Origin: a bacterium HR15
GTDB lineage: Bacteria > Armatimonadota > Fimbriimonadia > Fimbriimonadales > GBS-DC
Direction: 5' to 3'
Length of the DNA stretch: 64,000 nt
NCBI GenBank assembly: GCA_002898555.1
Contig: BEHR01000009.1
Coordinates: 6,975-70,974 of the forward strand
A model generated the notes under the pieces. The model was not told the origin of the DNA and made no database searches. It saw nothing but the letters and a program-made list of their open reading frames with translations. Positions within the stretch are counted from its first letter, which is position 1. Each line of letters begins with the position of its first letter. The translations under genes were made by a program, and so were the position numbers. Positions 8,881 through 17,782 of this stretch are shown here, piece by piece.

Positions 8881-9696
8881 TCAAGCGTTTTCGCGTGTAG
8901 GCGAAAAACTGGCAGAAATACTGGGTCGCCGGGCGCGTGAGCCGTTGCGCGGCAGGGGTGTGACGACCGTCTCGTAACCGTTGCCCTTGCGTCGGATGTA
9001 GCCGCGCGCCTCCAGCTCCTGCAAATAGTTATAGAGGGTTTGACGCGAGCAGCCCAGCTCCGCCGCCAGTTGCGTCCGAGTCAGCGTCGGGCGCTCGTAC
9101 AACAGGTAAAGCAGCCGCTCCAGGGCGGCTTCCCTGTTACCAGGCAGGTGATTGCGCTCGTTGGCAGATGTCAGGGCGACCACCGCCTGTGACGGCTCCG
9201 AGGTCGCCACATTGCCTGCAGCTTGCTCTTCGCCATTTGCCATCCGCTCATCGCTGCCTGCAACCTGCAACGCATAGTTGCGATCCTCGCCGATGATCTC
9301 GATGAGCGCGAACATAATAATTGGCAGCGTGACGGAAAGCAGGAACGGGCGCAGGAAGACCACCGCGCTGTCGAACGCGCTGGTGGTTGCCAGCGGCTGC
9401 TGGTGCATAATGCCATAGAGGTAGTTCGCATACGCGCTGATAAAGGTTACCAGGCTCAACACTGCCCACAGGGGTGCGGTGGAGCGGCTCTGACGCTTGC
9501 GCAGTTGAATGCCATACGCCAGCCCCAAAATGCCCAAATCGATTCCCAGCGCTTGTACATAGCCCCAAAGCAGATGACCGCCCTCCAATGTGCTGAAGGT
9601 GTACGCCACATGGTGCACGCTGCCCGCCAGCACGAACAGCGTGACCAGCACCAGCAGCGCGGTCGACAACGGCATGTCTTTCAGCTGATATCGCAT
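8881..9696 (-). CDS. membrane protein (DUF2637-like 4-TM N-terminus) with C-terminal winged-helix HTH
   Basis: Start was chosen at MRYQLK (ATG 9696, GGGAGG SD), because the longer 408-aa ORF runs into ctaA. TM helices are followed by 'TLTRTQLAAELGCSRQTLYNYLQELEARGYI'. Confidence 0.6.
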   Translation of the reverse strand: MRYQLKDMPLSTALLVLVTLFVLAGSVHHVAYTFSTLEGGHLLWGYVQALGIDLGILGLAYGIQLRKRQSRSTAPLWAVLSLVTFISAYANYLYGIMHQQPLATTSAFDSAVVFLRPFLLSVTLPIIMFALIEIIGEDRNYALQVAGSDERMANGEEQAAGNVATSEPSQAVVALTSANERNHLPGNREAALERLLYLLYERPTLTRTQLAAELGCSRQTLYNYLQELEARGYIRRKGNGYETVVTPLPRNGSRARRPSISASFSPTRENA

Positions 9697-9815
9697 CGGT
9701 TGCAACCTCCCTGTCGTTTTTCTTAAGCGCGAAAGCGGATTAGGCACGCCCTCTTTGCCCGTTTCAAAGTTGAATATCCTTAATTCAAGGGGGCGATATC
9801 GAATCCTGCTCGATG

Positions 9816-10745
9816 TTAAGCAGGATGTCGGTGCATTTCGACCGCCGCTGCGGGCTGTGGCTGGGCTGTTAGCACGCCGGCGGCGAAAATCACCAGCATT
9901 ATCCACAAAAGGTCGGTCATAGCAAGGTGCGCGAGCTGCATCCATACGGGGGCTTTGAGCCACACATTGAGCGCACCCAGCAGCAGTTGCCCCACATAGA
10001 GCAAATTGAACGCTACGGCAAGGCGTAGCGTCATGCGCGTCGGTCGCTGCAGCGCCAGCGTTGTCAGCACAAGAATCATATAGACACTTACCAGAATCGC
10101 CATCCATGGATGGTAGAGGCGTAGGGCAAGCAGGGTCTGCCCGACCACGGGCGATTGCTGAATCGCGCCCAGCTGGAGCAGGGTGTCACCCAATGCCGTG
10201 ACGGCCCCCCCCATGCCCACCACCATTAGGAGCAGCAATGCGCCCAGCACACCGGCTCCCACCCAGCCTTGTCCTCGCAGGCGGAATCGCGCTCCACCCG
10301 ACGCCCAATATGCCGTTAGCGTGAAAGCACCCAGCAAAAGCAGCGTGTTGGCTAAATGCACCGCCATGACGATTGCCCGCTCGTAGGACACATTGCGCGC
10401 CACCCACTCATAACGCACCAGGCTCATGCCAACCAGTGCTTCGGTAATGATAAAGAAGAGGCTCCATAATACGCCCCGTCGCACGATATGCCCGCGAGGA
10501 TAAATACGGAACGCCCAGAGGACCATTATCAGCACCAGCAGCCCGGACAGCCCGCTCGTCAATCGATGGGTGAACTCGATGAGGGTCTCTATGGCAGGGG
10601 CGCGGGGAATAATCTCGCCATTGCAGAGGGGCCAGTGGCTGCCGCAGCCCGCCCCACTGCCCGTCGCTCGCACAAACGCGCCCCACAGGATGACCAACAC
10701 ATTGTAGCCCAGCACCAGCCAGCAAAACTTCGCAAAGCGAGTCAT
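9816..10745 (-). CDS. ctaA: heme A synthase (COX15/CtaA family)
   Basis: 'LGYNVLVILWGAFVRATGSGAGCGSHWPLCNG' is the CtaA N-terminal Cys/His motif, followed by 8 TM segments. ATG 10745 lies 9 nt after a TATCAT -10 box. Confidence 0.88.
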   Translation of the reverse strand: MTRFAKFCWLVLGYNVLVILWGAFVRATGSGAGCGSHWPLCNGEIIPRAPAIETLIEFTHRLTSGLSGLLVLIMVLWAFRIYPRGHIVRRGVLWSLFFIITEALVGMSLVRYEWVARNVSYERAIVMAVHLANTLLLLGAFTLTAYWASGGARFRLRGQGWVGAGVLGALLLLMVVGMGGAVTALGDTLLQLGAIQQSPVVGQTLLALRLYHPWMAILVSVYMILVLTTLALQRPTRMTLRLAVAFNLLYVGQLLLGALNVWLKAPVWMQLAHLAMTDLLWIMLVIFAAGVLTAQPQPAAAVEMHRHPA

Positions 10746-10754
10746 CGCATCCCC

Positions 10755-10799
10755 ATGATACCTCCTTTTCCGCCCCTGTCCCCTCGCCTGAGGTAAAAT
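10755..10799. promoter_or_regulatory. divergent -10 boxes for ctaA (minus, TATCAT 10755-10760) and ORF 10809 (plus, TAAAAT 10794-10799)
   Basis: Each box lies 9 nt from its ATG. Confidence 0.5.
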
Positions 10800-10808
10800 A
10801 GCCCTGCC

Positions 10809-11858
10809 ATGTCCATGCAGTTGCCGACCGTCAATCTGCACCATCTGGATCGGTTGCTGACCCCGTTGGGCATCTGGCAGCACACGCATTATGGGGAGCC
10901 GTGGATAGAACACGGCTTCTCTATTGACGATCAGGCTCGTGGGTTAATCGTGGGCGCATGGCTGCACTGGTTCCAACCGCATCAGCCTGCATGGCTGGAG
11001 ATTCATGACCCGCAGTTGCCCACACGCTTGATAGAAGTTTGCTTGCGCTATATTGAGGAGGCGCAGCTACCCAGTGGGCGATTTCATAACTTCCGTGATG
11101 CCGAAGGTGGCTGGCGTGACGAGGTGGGCAGCGATGATTCCTTTGGGCGTACCATCTGGTCGCTTTATACGCTCAAAAAGTTGTTCCCTCAGAGTGAGTG
11201 GGCAAGTCGCGCAGATGCCCTGCTGCGCCCTGCTCGCAAGCACTTCTATCAAATTGGCGCGTTCCGCGCGGTGGCGTTCTTATGCTTGGAAGAGGAGGAA
11301 CCGGAACGCCTGCGTCGGCTGGGCGGCTATCTCGTAGAGCAGTACCGAATCACGCGCGAACCCGATTGGCGCTGGTTTGAACCCTATCTCACTTATGAGA
11401 ATCCCCGCTTGCCCCAGGCGGTGTTGTTGGCGGGGGCACGCTTGCAACAGCCCGATTGGCTCAAAGTTGCCCGCGAGGCGTTGCTTTTCCTTGCCGAGAC
11501 CACCTTCGCGCCCACCGGCTACTTCAGTGCCATCGGCACGGAGGGCTGGTACTTCCGAGGCAGGAGCCGTGCCCTGTTCGATCAGCAGCCCGTCTGTGCA
11601 GGTGCGACCGTCGAAGCCTTTCTGGATGCATGGCAGGTATTTGACCGCTACGAGCCATTCCGGGAATATGCGGCACGCGCATTGATGTGGTATCACGGCG
11701 ATAACATTCACCAACTTCCCCTCTACGACCCGGCGACCGGCATCGTGTACGATGGACTGACACCGCTGGGTTTAAATCTCAATCGCGGCGCCGAATCGGT
11801 GTTGAGCTACCTGATGGCGCGCATCAAGTGGGAAGTTTATACGGGGATGAGGGATTAG
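10809..11858 (+). CDS. conserved hypothetical protein (possibly alpha/alpha-barrel glycosidase-like)
   Basis: 349 aa with coding-like composition. Function is not recognised with confidence. ATG lies 9 nt after a TAAAAT -10 box. Confidence 0.4.
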   Translation: MSMQLPTVNLHHLDRLLTPLGIWQHTHYGEPWIEHGFSIDDQARGLIVGAWLHWFQPHQPAWLEIHDPQLPTRLIEVCLRYIEEAQLPSGRFHNFRDAEGGWRDEVGSDDSFGRTIWSLYTLKKLFPQSEWASRADALLRPARKHFYQIGAFRAVAFLCLEEEEPERLRRLGGYLVEQYRITREPDWRWFEPYLTYENPRLPQAVLLAGARLQQPDWLKVAREALLFLAETTFAPTGYFSAIGTEGWYFRGRSRALFDQQPVCAGATVEAFLDAWQVFDRYEPFREYAARALMWYHGDNIHQLPLYDPATGIVYDGLTPLGLNLNRGAESVLSYLMARIKWEVYTGMRD

Positions 11859-11890
11859 CAAGGCGGGTACACTATGCAGGAGGTTACGCG

Positions 11891-13099
11891 ATGGATTTCA
11901 CACTGACGGAAGAGCATCGGATGGTACGCGAGATGGTGCGCCGCTTCGTGGAAAACGAGGTCAAGCCCTTCCTTCACGACTGGGATCGGCACGGCGCTGA
12001 CCCGAAAGTGTACGCCCGCATGGCGGAGTTGGGCTTACTGGGCATCTGCATTCCACGCAAGTGGGGCGGTGCAGGACTGGACTATATTAGCCTTGGGATT
12101 GCCTGCGAGGAGCTGGAATATGGGGACACTTTCTTGCGCGTGATTATGTCGGTGCATGTCGGGCTGACCGCGCTGACCATCCTCTCTTGGGGCACAGAGG
12201 CACAAAAAGAGCGGTTCTTGCGCCCTCAGGCAACAGGGCAACGACTGGGCGCGTTCTGCCTGACCGAGCCGAACGCGGGCAGCGATGTGGCTGGCATGCA
12301 AAGCACTGCCCGGCGCGAGGGCGACCACTATGTGCTCAATGGCGAAAAGATATGGATTTCGCTGGCGGAAGTGGCGGACCAGTACCTCGTCGTCGCATGG
12401 ACCGATTTGGACAAGAAGGCGCGGCGTGATCATTCGGGCATGAGCGCGTTTATTGTGGAGCGCGAACGCGAGGGGGTCAAGCCCTACACGCTGCACGGGA
12501 AGCTGGGCGTGCGCGCCGGCAACACAGGGGGCGTGGTGTTCGAAAATGTCGCCGTGCCCATCGAAAATCGCCTCGGAGAGGAAGGCGAGGGCTTCAAAAT
12601 CGCCATGTTCGCTCTGGATCAGGGACGCTATACCGTCGCCGCGGGCGCAGCCGGACTGATACGAGCCTGCCTCGATGAATCGGTGCGCTATGCCAAAGAG
12701 CGCCACACCTTTGGCAGACCCATCGCCGAGCACCAGCTTATCAAACAGAAAATCGCGCAGATGGCAGCAGACTACGAGATTAGCGTGTTGCTCTATCAAA
12801 AAGTGGGCTGGATGAAGAATCAGGGCATGCGCAACACACGGGAGACCTCCCTGGCGAAATGGTACGCGACCGAAGCGGCACAACGCGCTGCCAATACCGC
12901 CGTACAACTTTTTGGCGCGTATGGCTTCATCGACGAGTATCCTGTGGAACGGTTCTATCGCAATAGCAAAGGCGCCACTATCTACGAAGGCACTTCCGAG
13001 ATACATACCCTGCTCCAAGCCGACTACGCACTGGGCTACCGCGTCGACAAACCGCTGCGTGTAACCTTACCACCTTATCCCTTTGCCGAGGACCGGTAA
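11891..13099 (+). CDS. acyl-CoA dehydrogenase
   Basis: 'MDFTLTEEHRMVREMVRRFVENEV', 'CLTEPNAGSDV' and 'YEGTSEIH' are classic ACAD motifs. SD GCAGGAGG lies before ATG 11891. Confidence 0.92.
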   Translation: MDFTLTEEHRMVREMVRRFVENEVKPFLHDWDRHGADPKVYARMAELGLLGICIPRKWGGAGLDYISLGIACEELEYGDTFLRVIMSVHVGLTALTILSWGTEAQKERFLRPQATGQRLGAFCLTEPNAGSDVAGMQSTARREGDHYVLNGEKIWISLAEVADQYLVVAWTDLDKKARRDHSGMSAFIVEREREGVKPYTLHGKLGVRAGNTGGVVFENVAVPIENRLGEEGEGFKIAMFALDQGRYTVAAGAAGLIRACLDESVRYAKERHTFGRPIAEHQLIKQKIAQMAADYEISVLLYQKVGWMKNQGMRNTRETSLAKWYATEAAQRAANTAVQLFGAYGFIDEYPVERFYRNSKGATIYEGTSEIHTLLQADYALGYRVDKPLRVTLPPYPFAEDR

Positions 13100-13147
13100 G
13101 AGGAACCCTACCTTAGGGCGCGAATTTCTGTCCAGGAGGAGAGATCG

Positions 13148-14305
13148 ATGAGACCGCTGGACGGTTTTGAAGGGTCGGGTCCCCTGGCGCGGTTGATTTA
13201 TCGGCGGGAAGGACGCTCTCGGCGTATTTCGAGCTGGGATCGCACCGGGGGCAATCGCGATTTTTTGACCATTCCTGCCGGGCAAACGGCGACGCTTGCC
13301 GAGATTCAAGGCGCAGGCTGTATCCGCCATATCTGGATCACAGTTGGCTGTCGAGATCGTCTCTACCTGCGCAAGGTGGTGCTGCGCATGTTCTGGGACG
13401 GCGAACTGGAGCCGAGCGTGCTTGCCCCGCTGGGCGACTTTTTCGGGCTGGGGCACGGCATTGCACGCTCCTTTATGTCGTTGCCGTTGGCAACCGTCAC
13501 GCACGAGAACAACGAAGGCAACTATGGGGGTGGTATCGCGCTCAATTGCTATTTCCCGATGCCTTTCTCGCAGGGCGCACGCATCGAGGTCGTCAACGAG
13601 TGCGAGGTGGAGGTCAGTTCGTTTTACTATTACATCGACTATGAGCAGTACGATGCCCCGCTGCCCGATCATGTGCTGCGCTTTCATGCGCACTATCGGC
13701 AGGAGTATCCCACACGCGGCGTGCAAGGCAACCTGTTCGAGCAGCGACGCAATTACTGGGAGCTGGGCGACACACCCAATCTGAGTGATGCCGAGAACTA
13801 TCTGATTTTAGAGGCGGAAGGCGCAGGGCACTATGTGGGCTGCGTGTTGTCGGTGGACAACATCGACCCGCTGCCTGTGATTCGCAAGCTCGGCTCGCAG
13901 GAACAACTCATCAAGGAGTACACTTGGTGGGGCGAGGGCGACGATATGATTTTCATCGACGGCGAGCCGTGGCCACCCTCGCTGCACGGCACCGGCTCCG
14001 AAGATTATTTCTCGCAGGCGTGGGGCATGCATCCGAAAGCGTATCTCTACTCGGGCGCGTCCATCTATGAACATGACCCGAAGTTCCCCGACCGCCGCCA
14101 GTGCACCTCCTATCGCTTCCATATCGAGGACCCCATCCTTTTTACCCGTTCAATACGGGTGAGCATCGAGCATGGTCACGCGAACTTGCAGGAGAACGAC
14201 TACTCCAGCGTGGCGTACTGGTATCAAACGGAACCGCACAAGCCGCTGCCACCATTACCCCCCGTGCATGAGCGGCTGCCTCGCAACATGCGGGAAGCGA
14301 AATGA
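13148..14305 (+). CDS. DUF2961 / glycoside hydrolase family 172 protein
   Basis: 'ISSWDRTGGNRDFLTIPAGQTATLAEIQGAGCIRHIWIT' and the C-terminal 'YSSVAYWYQ' are typical of DUF2961. Confidence 0.85.
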   Translation: MRPLDGFEGSGPLARLIYRREGRSRRISSWDRTGGNRDFLTIPAGQTATLAEIQGAGCIRHIWITVGCRDRLYLRKVVLRMFWDGELEPSVLAPLGDFFGLGHGIARSFMSLPLATVTHENNEGNYGGGIALNCYFPMPFSQGARIEVVNECEVEVSSFYYYIDYEQYDAPLPDHVLRFHAHYRQEYPTRGVQGNLFEQRRNYWELGDTPNLSDAENYLILEAEGAGHYVGCVLSVDNIDPLPVIRKLGSQEQLIKEYTWWGEGDDMIFIDGEPWPPSLHGTGSEDYFSQAWGMHPKAYLYSGASIYEHDPKFPDRRQCTSYRFHIEDPILFTRSIRVSIEHGHANLQENDYSSVAYWYQTEPHKPLPPLPPVHERLPRNMREAK

Positions 14306-15084
14306 GTTCCCTCTGGATATTTCTGGTGGCGTTAGGCGCAGGGGCATTCGGCTCGATGCTGGGGCTGGGCGGTGGCATTATTCTGGTGCCTGCGCTCACG
14401 CTGCTTTTTAATGTGCCCATCAAGCAGGCAGTTGGTGCCAGCCTGGTCGGGGTCGTAGCGACCTCGTGTGCCGGGGTGCAGGGCTACCTACGAGCAGGGC
14501 TGGTCGATTGGCAGATCGCGGTGCGCCTGCTGATTCCCACAGTGCTGGGCGCGATTGTGGGCGGATTGCTTGTGGGCATAATCCCGCCTAAAATGGTAGC
14601 GGGCCTGTTTATCTTGCTGGTGCTGTATGTGCTGGGACAGATGCTGTGGGCAGGTCGCCATGCGACGCCTGCAGAAACGGCAAGCGACACCTGCTATGCG
14701 ACATGGGGTAATGCTCGTCAAAAAGGGCTCGCAGCCGCCTTGTCGGCAATGGGTGGCGTCATCTCGGCATTGCTGGGCGTGGGCGGCGGGCTGATCCAGG
14801 TGCCCGTGCTGCATACCCTGCTCCATGCGCCCTTGCGCTGCGCGATTGGCACCAGCTCGTTTTTAATCGGCACAACCGCCTCCACCAGCGCACTGCTCTA
14901 TTTCGTTCAGGGTAAACTTCAGCCCGATATCGTGGTGCCTGCTGCGCTGGGAGTGTTGATCGGTGCGAAGCTCGGCATGCGCCTTGCTCACCGAACCCCA
15001 GCAGGTGTGCTGCGAGGTATCTTCATGATGGTGATGATTTACACCATCATCCGAATATATATTAAGTGGTTCGCAGGCGGTTGA
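14302..15084 (+). CDS. TauE/SafE family sulfite-exporter-like permease
   Basis: 'GAFGSMLGLGGGIILVPAL' is repeated as 'LLGVGGGLIQVPVL' in the second half. ATGA overlap with the upstream gene. Confidence 0.88.
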   Translation: MSSLWIFLVALGAGAFGSMLGLGGGIILVPALTLLFNVPIKQAVGASLVGVVATSCAGVQGYLRAGLVDWQIAVRLLIPTVLGAIVGGLLVGIIPPKMVAGLFILLVLYVLGQMLWAGRHATPAETASDTCYATWGNARQKGLAAALSAMGGVISALLGVGGGLIQVPVLHTLLHAPLRCAIGTSSFLIGTTASTSALLYFVQGKLQPDIVVPAALGVLIGAKLGMRLAHRTPAGVLRGIFMMVMIYTIIRIYIKWFAGG

Positions 15085-15154
15085 CCGTCTTATTTACTCA
15101 CCCATGAAGAACCTGCCAGCGGGCAGAGCGTCAAAAACAAGGAGGACACAGGCA

Positions 15155-16402
15155 ATGAGAAAACAGGAGCTAATTGCTGGCGTAGGGGTATTGAGTCTGC
15201 TACTGCTGCTTATCGTCGGTTGCGGTGGTGGCGGTAACGGCGGTGGTAACGGTGGCGGTACAGGCACTTCCGTCACGGCAACGATCACGGGCGCAGCTTT
15301 TGTGGCGGTGCAGGACGGCAAAACAGGCGCGTGGCAACGACTTAGCGGTTCCGGACCGGACTACAACTTTAATGTGACAGCGACCGACGGGCGCTACTCG
15401 ATCGCCTGGGTCTGCGAGGGCACGAAGCTGCAGGTCAACATCATCCACACCACGACAGCTGAAACCACCAGCATCGCGGCACGCTGCCCCACCTCTGCCA
15501 CAACCATTACCGCCTCCGGCACGGTGCAGGGGCTGAACAGTGGACAGACAGCACTGGTCTCTATCGGTTCTCAGACACAGACGGTCTCGACGAATGGCGG
15601 GAGCTTTAACCTCACGCTACTCCCTGGCACGCATGATATTATCGCGGTGCGATTTGGTGCCTCGGGTCCGAACAAGGTCTGGCTGCGGCGGAATGTAACC
15701 ATCAACAGCAATACCTCCGGGTTGTCTATCGATTTCAACCAGCCTGACGGCACTGTAGTGCGCGTGTTTGATGTATCTGCTGGCACTTTGACCGTGGCAG
15801 GTGCAGATCCGTCGGAAACGGTGAGTAGCCAAATATCGCTGCAGAGCAGCGGGCGGTTCTCGCTGCTGGGATTAGGTAGTTTCACCGCGACCTATCCTCT
15901 TTTCCCTGCAGGCATCTTGGAAGCGGGTGAAAACTTTCGCATTGTAGCGGACACGGATGCGCAGCGTGGCGAAGTGCGCGGGCTGAACAGCTTGCCCAAC
16001 TCGCTCAGTATCACGCTGCCCACCCTTTTCAATTCACTCTTCGACTTCACCAGCGCGGGTGCGCTGACCTTCACGGTGCGGTGGAGCGCGTATACCGAAA
16101 ATCCCGTGCGCGGTTATCGGCTGACTCTGGGCGGCGACCAGCAGCAGCGCAACTGGCACATCCTGATTACCACAGGCTGGTTGGGCAGCGACACGCAATA
16201 TACTACGCCCGTGCTGAACACGCTCAACGGCTGGAACAGCACCGCGTGGGACATCCAGCGCGGTCGCCCAGTAAATGCCAGCTTCACCGTGCTGGTCAGC
16301 TCCAATTCGGTGCAGCAGCTGCTGGAGTACGAGCGCACGGGCATCGCGCCAACAGGGTTCCAGCTGCGCTTTGCTACCCGCTCTGTAATACTGACGCCAT
16401 AG
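15155..16402 (+). CDS. secreted lipoprotein of unknown function
   Basis: SD AAGGAGG precedes ATG 15155. The signal with lipobox 'LLLLIVGC' is followed by a Gly/Asn-rich linker. No recognisable catalytic motif. Confidence 0.65.
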   Translation: MRKQELIAGVGVLSLLLLLIVGCGGGGNGGGNGGGTGTSVTATITGAAFVAVQDGKTGAWQRLSGSGPDYNFNVTATDGRYSIAWVCEGTKLQVNIIHTTTAETTSIAARCPTSATTITASGTVQGLNSGQTALVSIGSQTQTVSTNGGSFNLTLLPGTHDIIAVRFGASGPNKVWLRRNVTINSNTSGLSIDFNQPDGTVVRVFDVSAGTLTVAGADPSETVSSQISLQSSGRFSLLGLGSFTATYPLFPAGILEAGENFRIVADTDAQRGEVRGLNSLPNSLSITLPTLFNSLFDFTSAGALTFTVRWSAYTENPVRGYRLTLGGDQQQRNWHILITTGWLGSDTQYTTPVLNTLNGWNSTAWDIQRGRPVNASFTVLVSSNSVQQLLEYERTGIAPTGFQLRFATRSVILTP

Positions 16403-16411
16403 AGGCAAGGG

Positions 16412-16432
16412 GCGAGTAGCGAGTAGCGAGTG
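16412..16432 (+). repeat. GCGAGTA x3 heptamer tandem
   Basis: GCGAGTAGCGAGTAGCGAGTG, between the two secreted-protein genes. Confidence 0.8.
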
Positions 16433-16507
16433 ATGGGCGGTAGGGGTATCTTGCAGGGCGTCCTCCCTTTCCCACACAATGGGAGAGGGGTAGGAGGTGA
16501 GAGCATC

Positions 16508-17728
16508 TTGCTCACCCTCAGAGGGCAGAGAGCGTTTCTGACAGGAATCGCACTCGGCTGGATGCTTGCTCTCGCCTCAGCGCAAGGTTGGTCGCTACGC
16601 GTGCGTGGCACGATTCTGGAGATTTTCTACGGTGCGGGTGGCTCCACACCTCAATACGGTGCGCTCCATCTCGACAGCAGCTACTTCCGCATGAACTACG
16701 GACCTAACTCCAGCTGGGGCACTTCGGTGATTCTGATGCCCGCCTTCTGGTCGAATGGACGCTACTATCAGGGCGCGCCTGTAAGCTGGAGCCACCGCAT
16801 CGAAGGTGCCGATCTGGTGCTGTTGCTTTCTGGCAGCATCGCCTCGTTGCAGGTCAACTTGCAGGTGCGCTTGCTGCCCCCGCGCCCGAATGAGCTGGTC
16901 GCTTATGTGAGCGCGTCGGTCAATGGCTCTGTGCCCATCGACAACCGCCCCGGCGAGGCATTTAAGCCCGTGATGCTTTCCTCGATGCATGTGTCCAGCA
17001 CCTTGTGGGACGCGCAATCGGCATATGCCGAATGCAGCAGCTATGCCATCCCATCCAGCGGGTGGATTGTCTACCCTGCGACCAGCGGAAGGCTATTTGG
17101 GCTGCTGGGCGGCACTTCTGCATGGAAGCCGAACGCGCCCACGATTGAGGTGCTGCTGCCGCAACCGCTGCAAATCACAGGCTGGGTCACCTATAGCACG
17201 AACCCGAACGACGACAATGTGGGCTTCTGGGCGGCGTCCAACCAGTTGATGCACTCATGGAGCTATACGCTGCGCGCCGCGCCCGACCGCACCTATCGAC
17301 TGTCGGGCTATATCACGCTGGAGCAGTACCGCGGAAATGTGATAGGACAGCCCATTACGGTGGAACTGCGCCTGCCGGGCAGTACGACACCTTTGCGTAC
17401 CGAGTCGGTTGCCCTGCAGCTGAATGGCTACTACACCCTTTATCAGGTCGCGCCTGGCACCTACGATGTGGCGTTCCAAGGCGCACACTGGCTGCGCAAG
17501 GTTGTGCGCAATGTGGCGGTCAGCGGCTGCCTATCGGGTGTCAACGCCTCGTTGGTGAATGGCGATGTGGATCATGACAACCGCATCGACGACGCGGACC
17601 TGCTTGCGGTGCTATTCGCCTTCGGGCAGACAGGTCAGAACCTGCCCGCAGACCTGAATGGCGACGGACATGTGGACGACGCCGATCTGCTCATCGTGCT
17701 GTTCAATTTCGGGCGCGAGGGGGAATAA
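16508..17728 (+). CDS. secreted protein with CarboxypepD_reg-like domain and C-terminal dockerin-like module
   Basis: In-frame TTG 16508 lies 7 nt after AGGAGGTGA and yields the signal peptide 'MLTLRGQRAFLTGIALGWMLALASAQG'. The longer GTG/ATG start at 16430/16433 is less likely. The C-terminus reads 'NGDVDHDNRIDDADLLAVLFAFG...DLNGDGHVDDADLLIVLFNFG'. Confidence 0.7.
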   Translation: MLTLRGQRAFLTGIALGWMLALASAQGWSLRVRGTILEIFYGAGGSTPQYGALHLDSSYFRMNYGPNSSWGTSVILMPAFWSNGRYYQGAPVSWSHRIEGADLVLLLSGSIASLQVNLQVRLLPPRPNELVAYVSASVNGSVPIDNRPGEAFKPVMLSSMHVSSTLWDAQSAYAECSSYAIPSSGWIVYPATSGRLFGLLGGTSAWKPNAPTIEVLLPQPLQITGWVTYSTNPNDDNVGFWAASNQLMHSWSYTLRAAPDRTYRLSGYITLEQYRGNVIGQPITVELRLPGSTTPLRTESVALQLNGYYTLYQVAPGTYDVAFQGAHWLRKVVRNVAVSGCLSGVNASLVNGDVDHDNRIDDADLLAVLFAFGQTGQNLPADLNGDGHVDDADLLIVLFNFGREGE

Positions 17729-17782
17729 CCACAGGAACCCTGCCTTACCGCGCTGAAATTTTTTTAAGGCAGGAGGGAAGCG

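Noticed and set aside
9697-10107. N-terminal 137 codons of the 408-aa ORF 8881..10107.
   Set aside because: This part overlaps the 3' end of ctaA on the same strand in another frame and has non-protein-like composition. An internal ATG at 9696 with a GGGAGG SD gives a coherent membrane-HTH protein.
12035-13018. 327-aa ORF on the minus strand. Similar long antisense ORFs occur at 22630..23601, 31845..32633, 37626..38507, 50782..51609, 56180..56986 and 30316..31023.
   Set aside because: Each lies fully antisense to a gene with unambiguous family motifs (ACAD, metE, nosZ, cupredoxin, PIN/TRAM, GT39, carA). Their Arg/Ala/Gly/His-rich, low-complexity composition is typical of shadow ORFs in GC-rich DNA.
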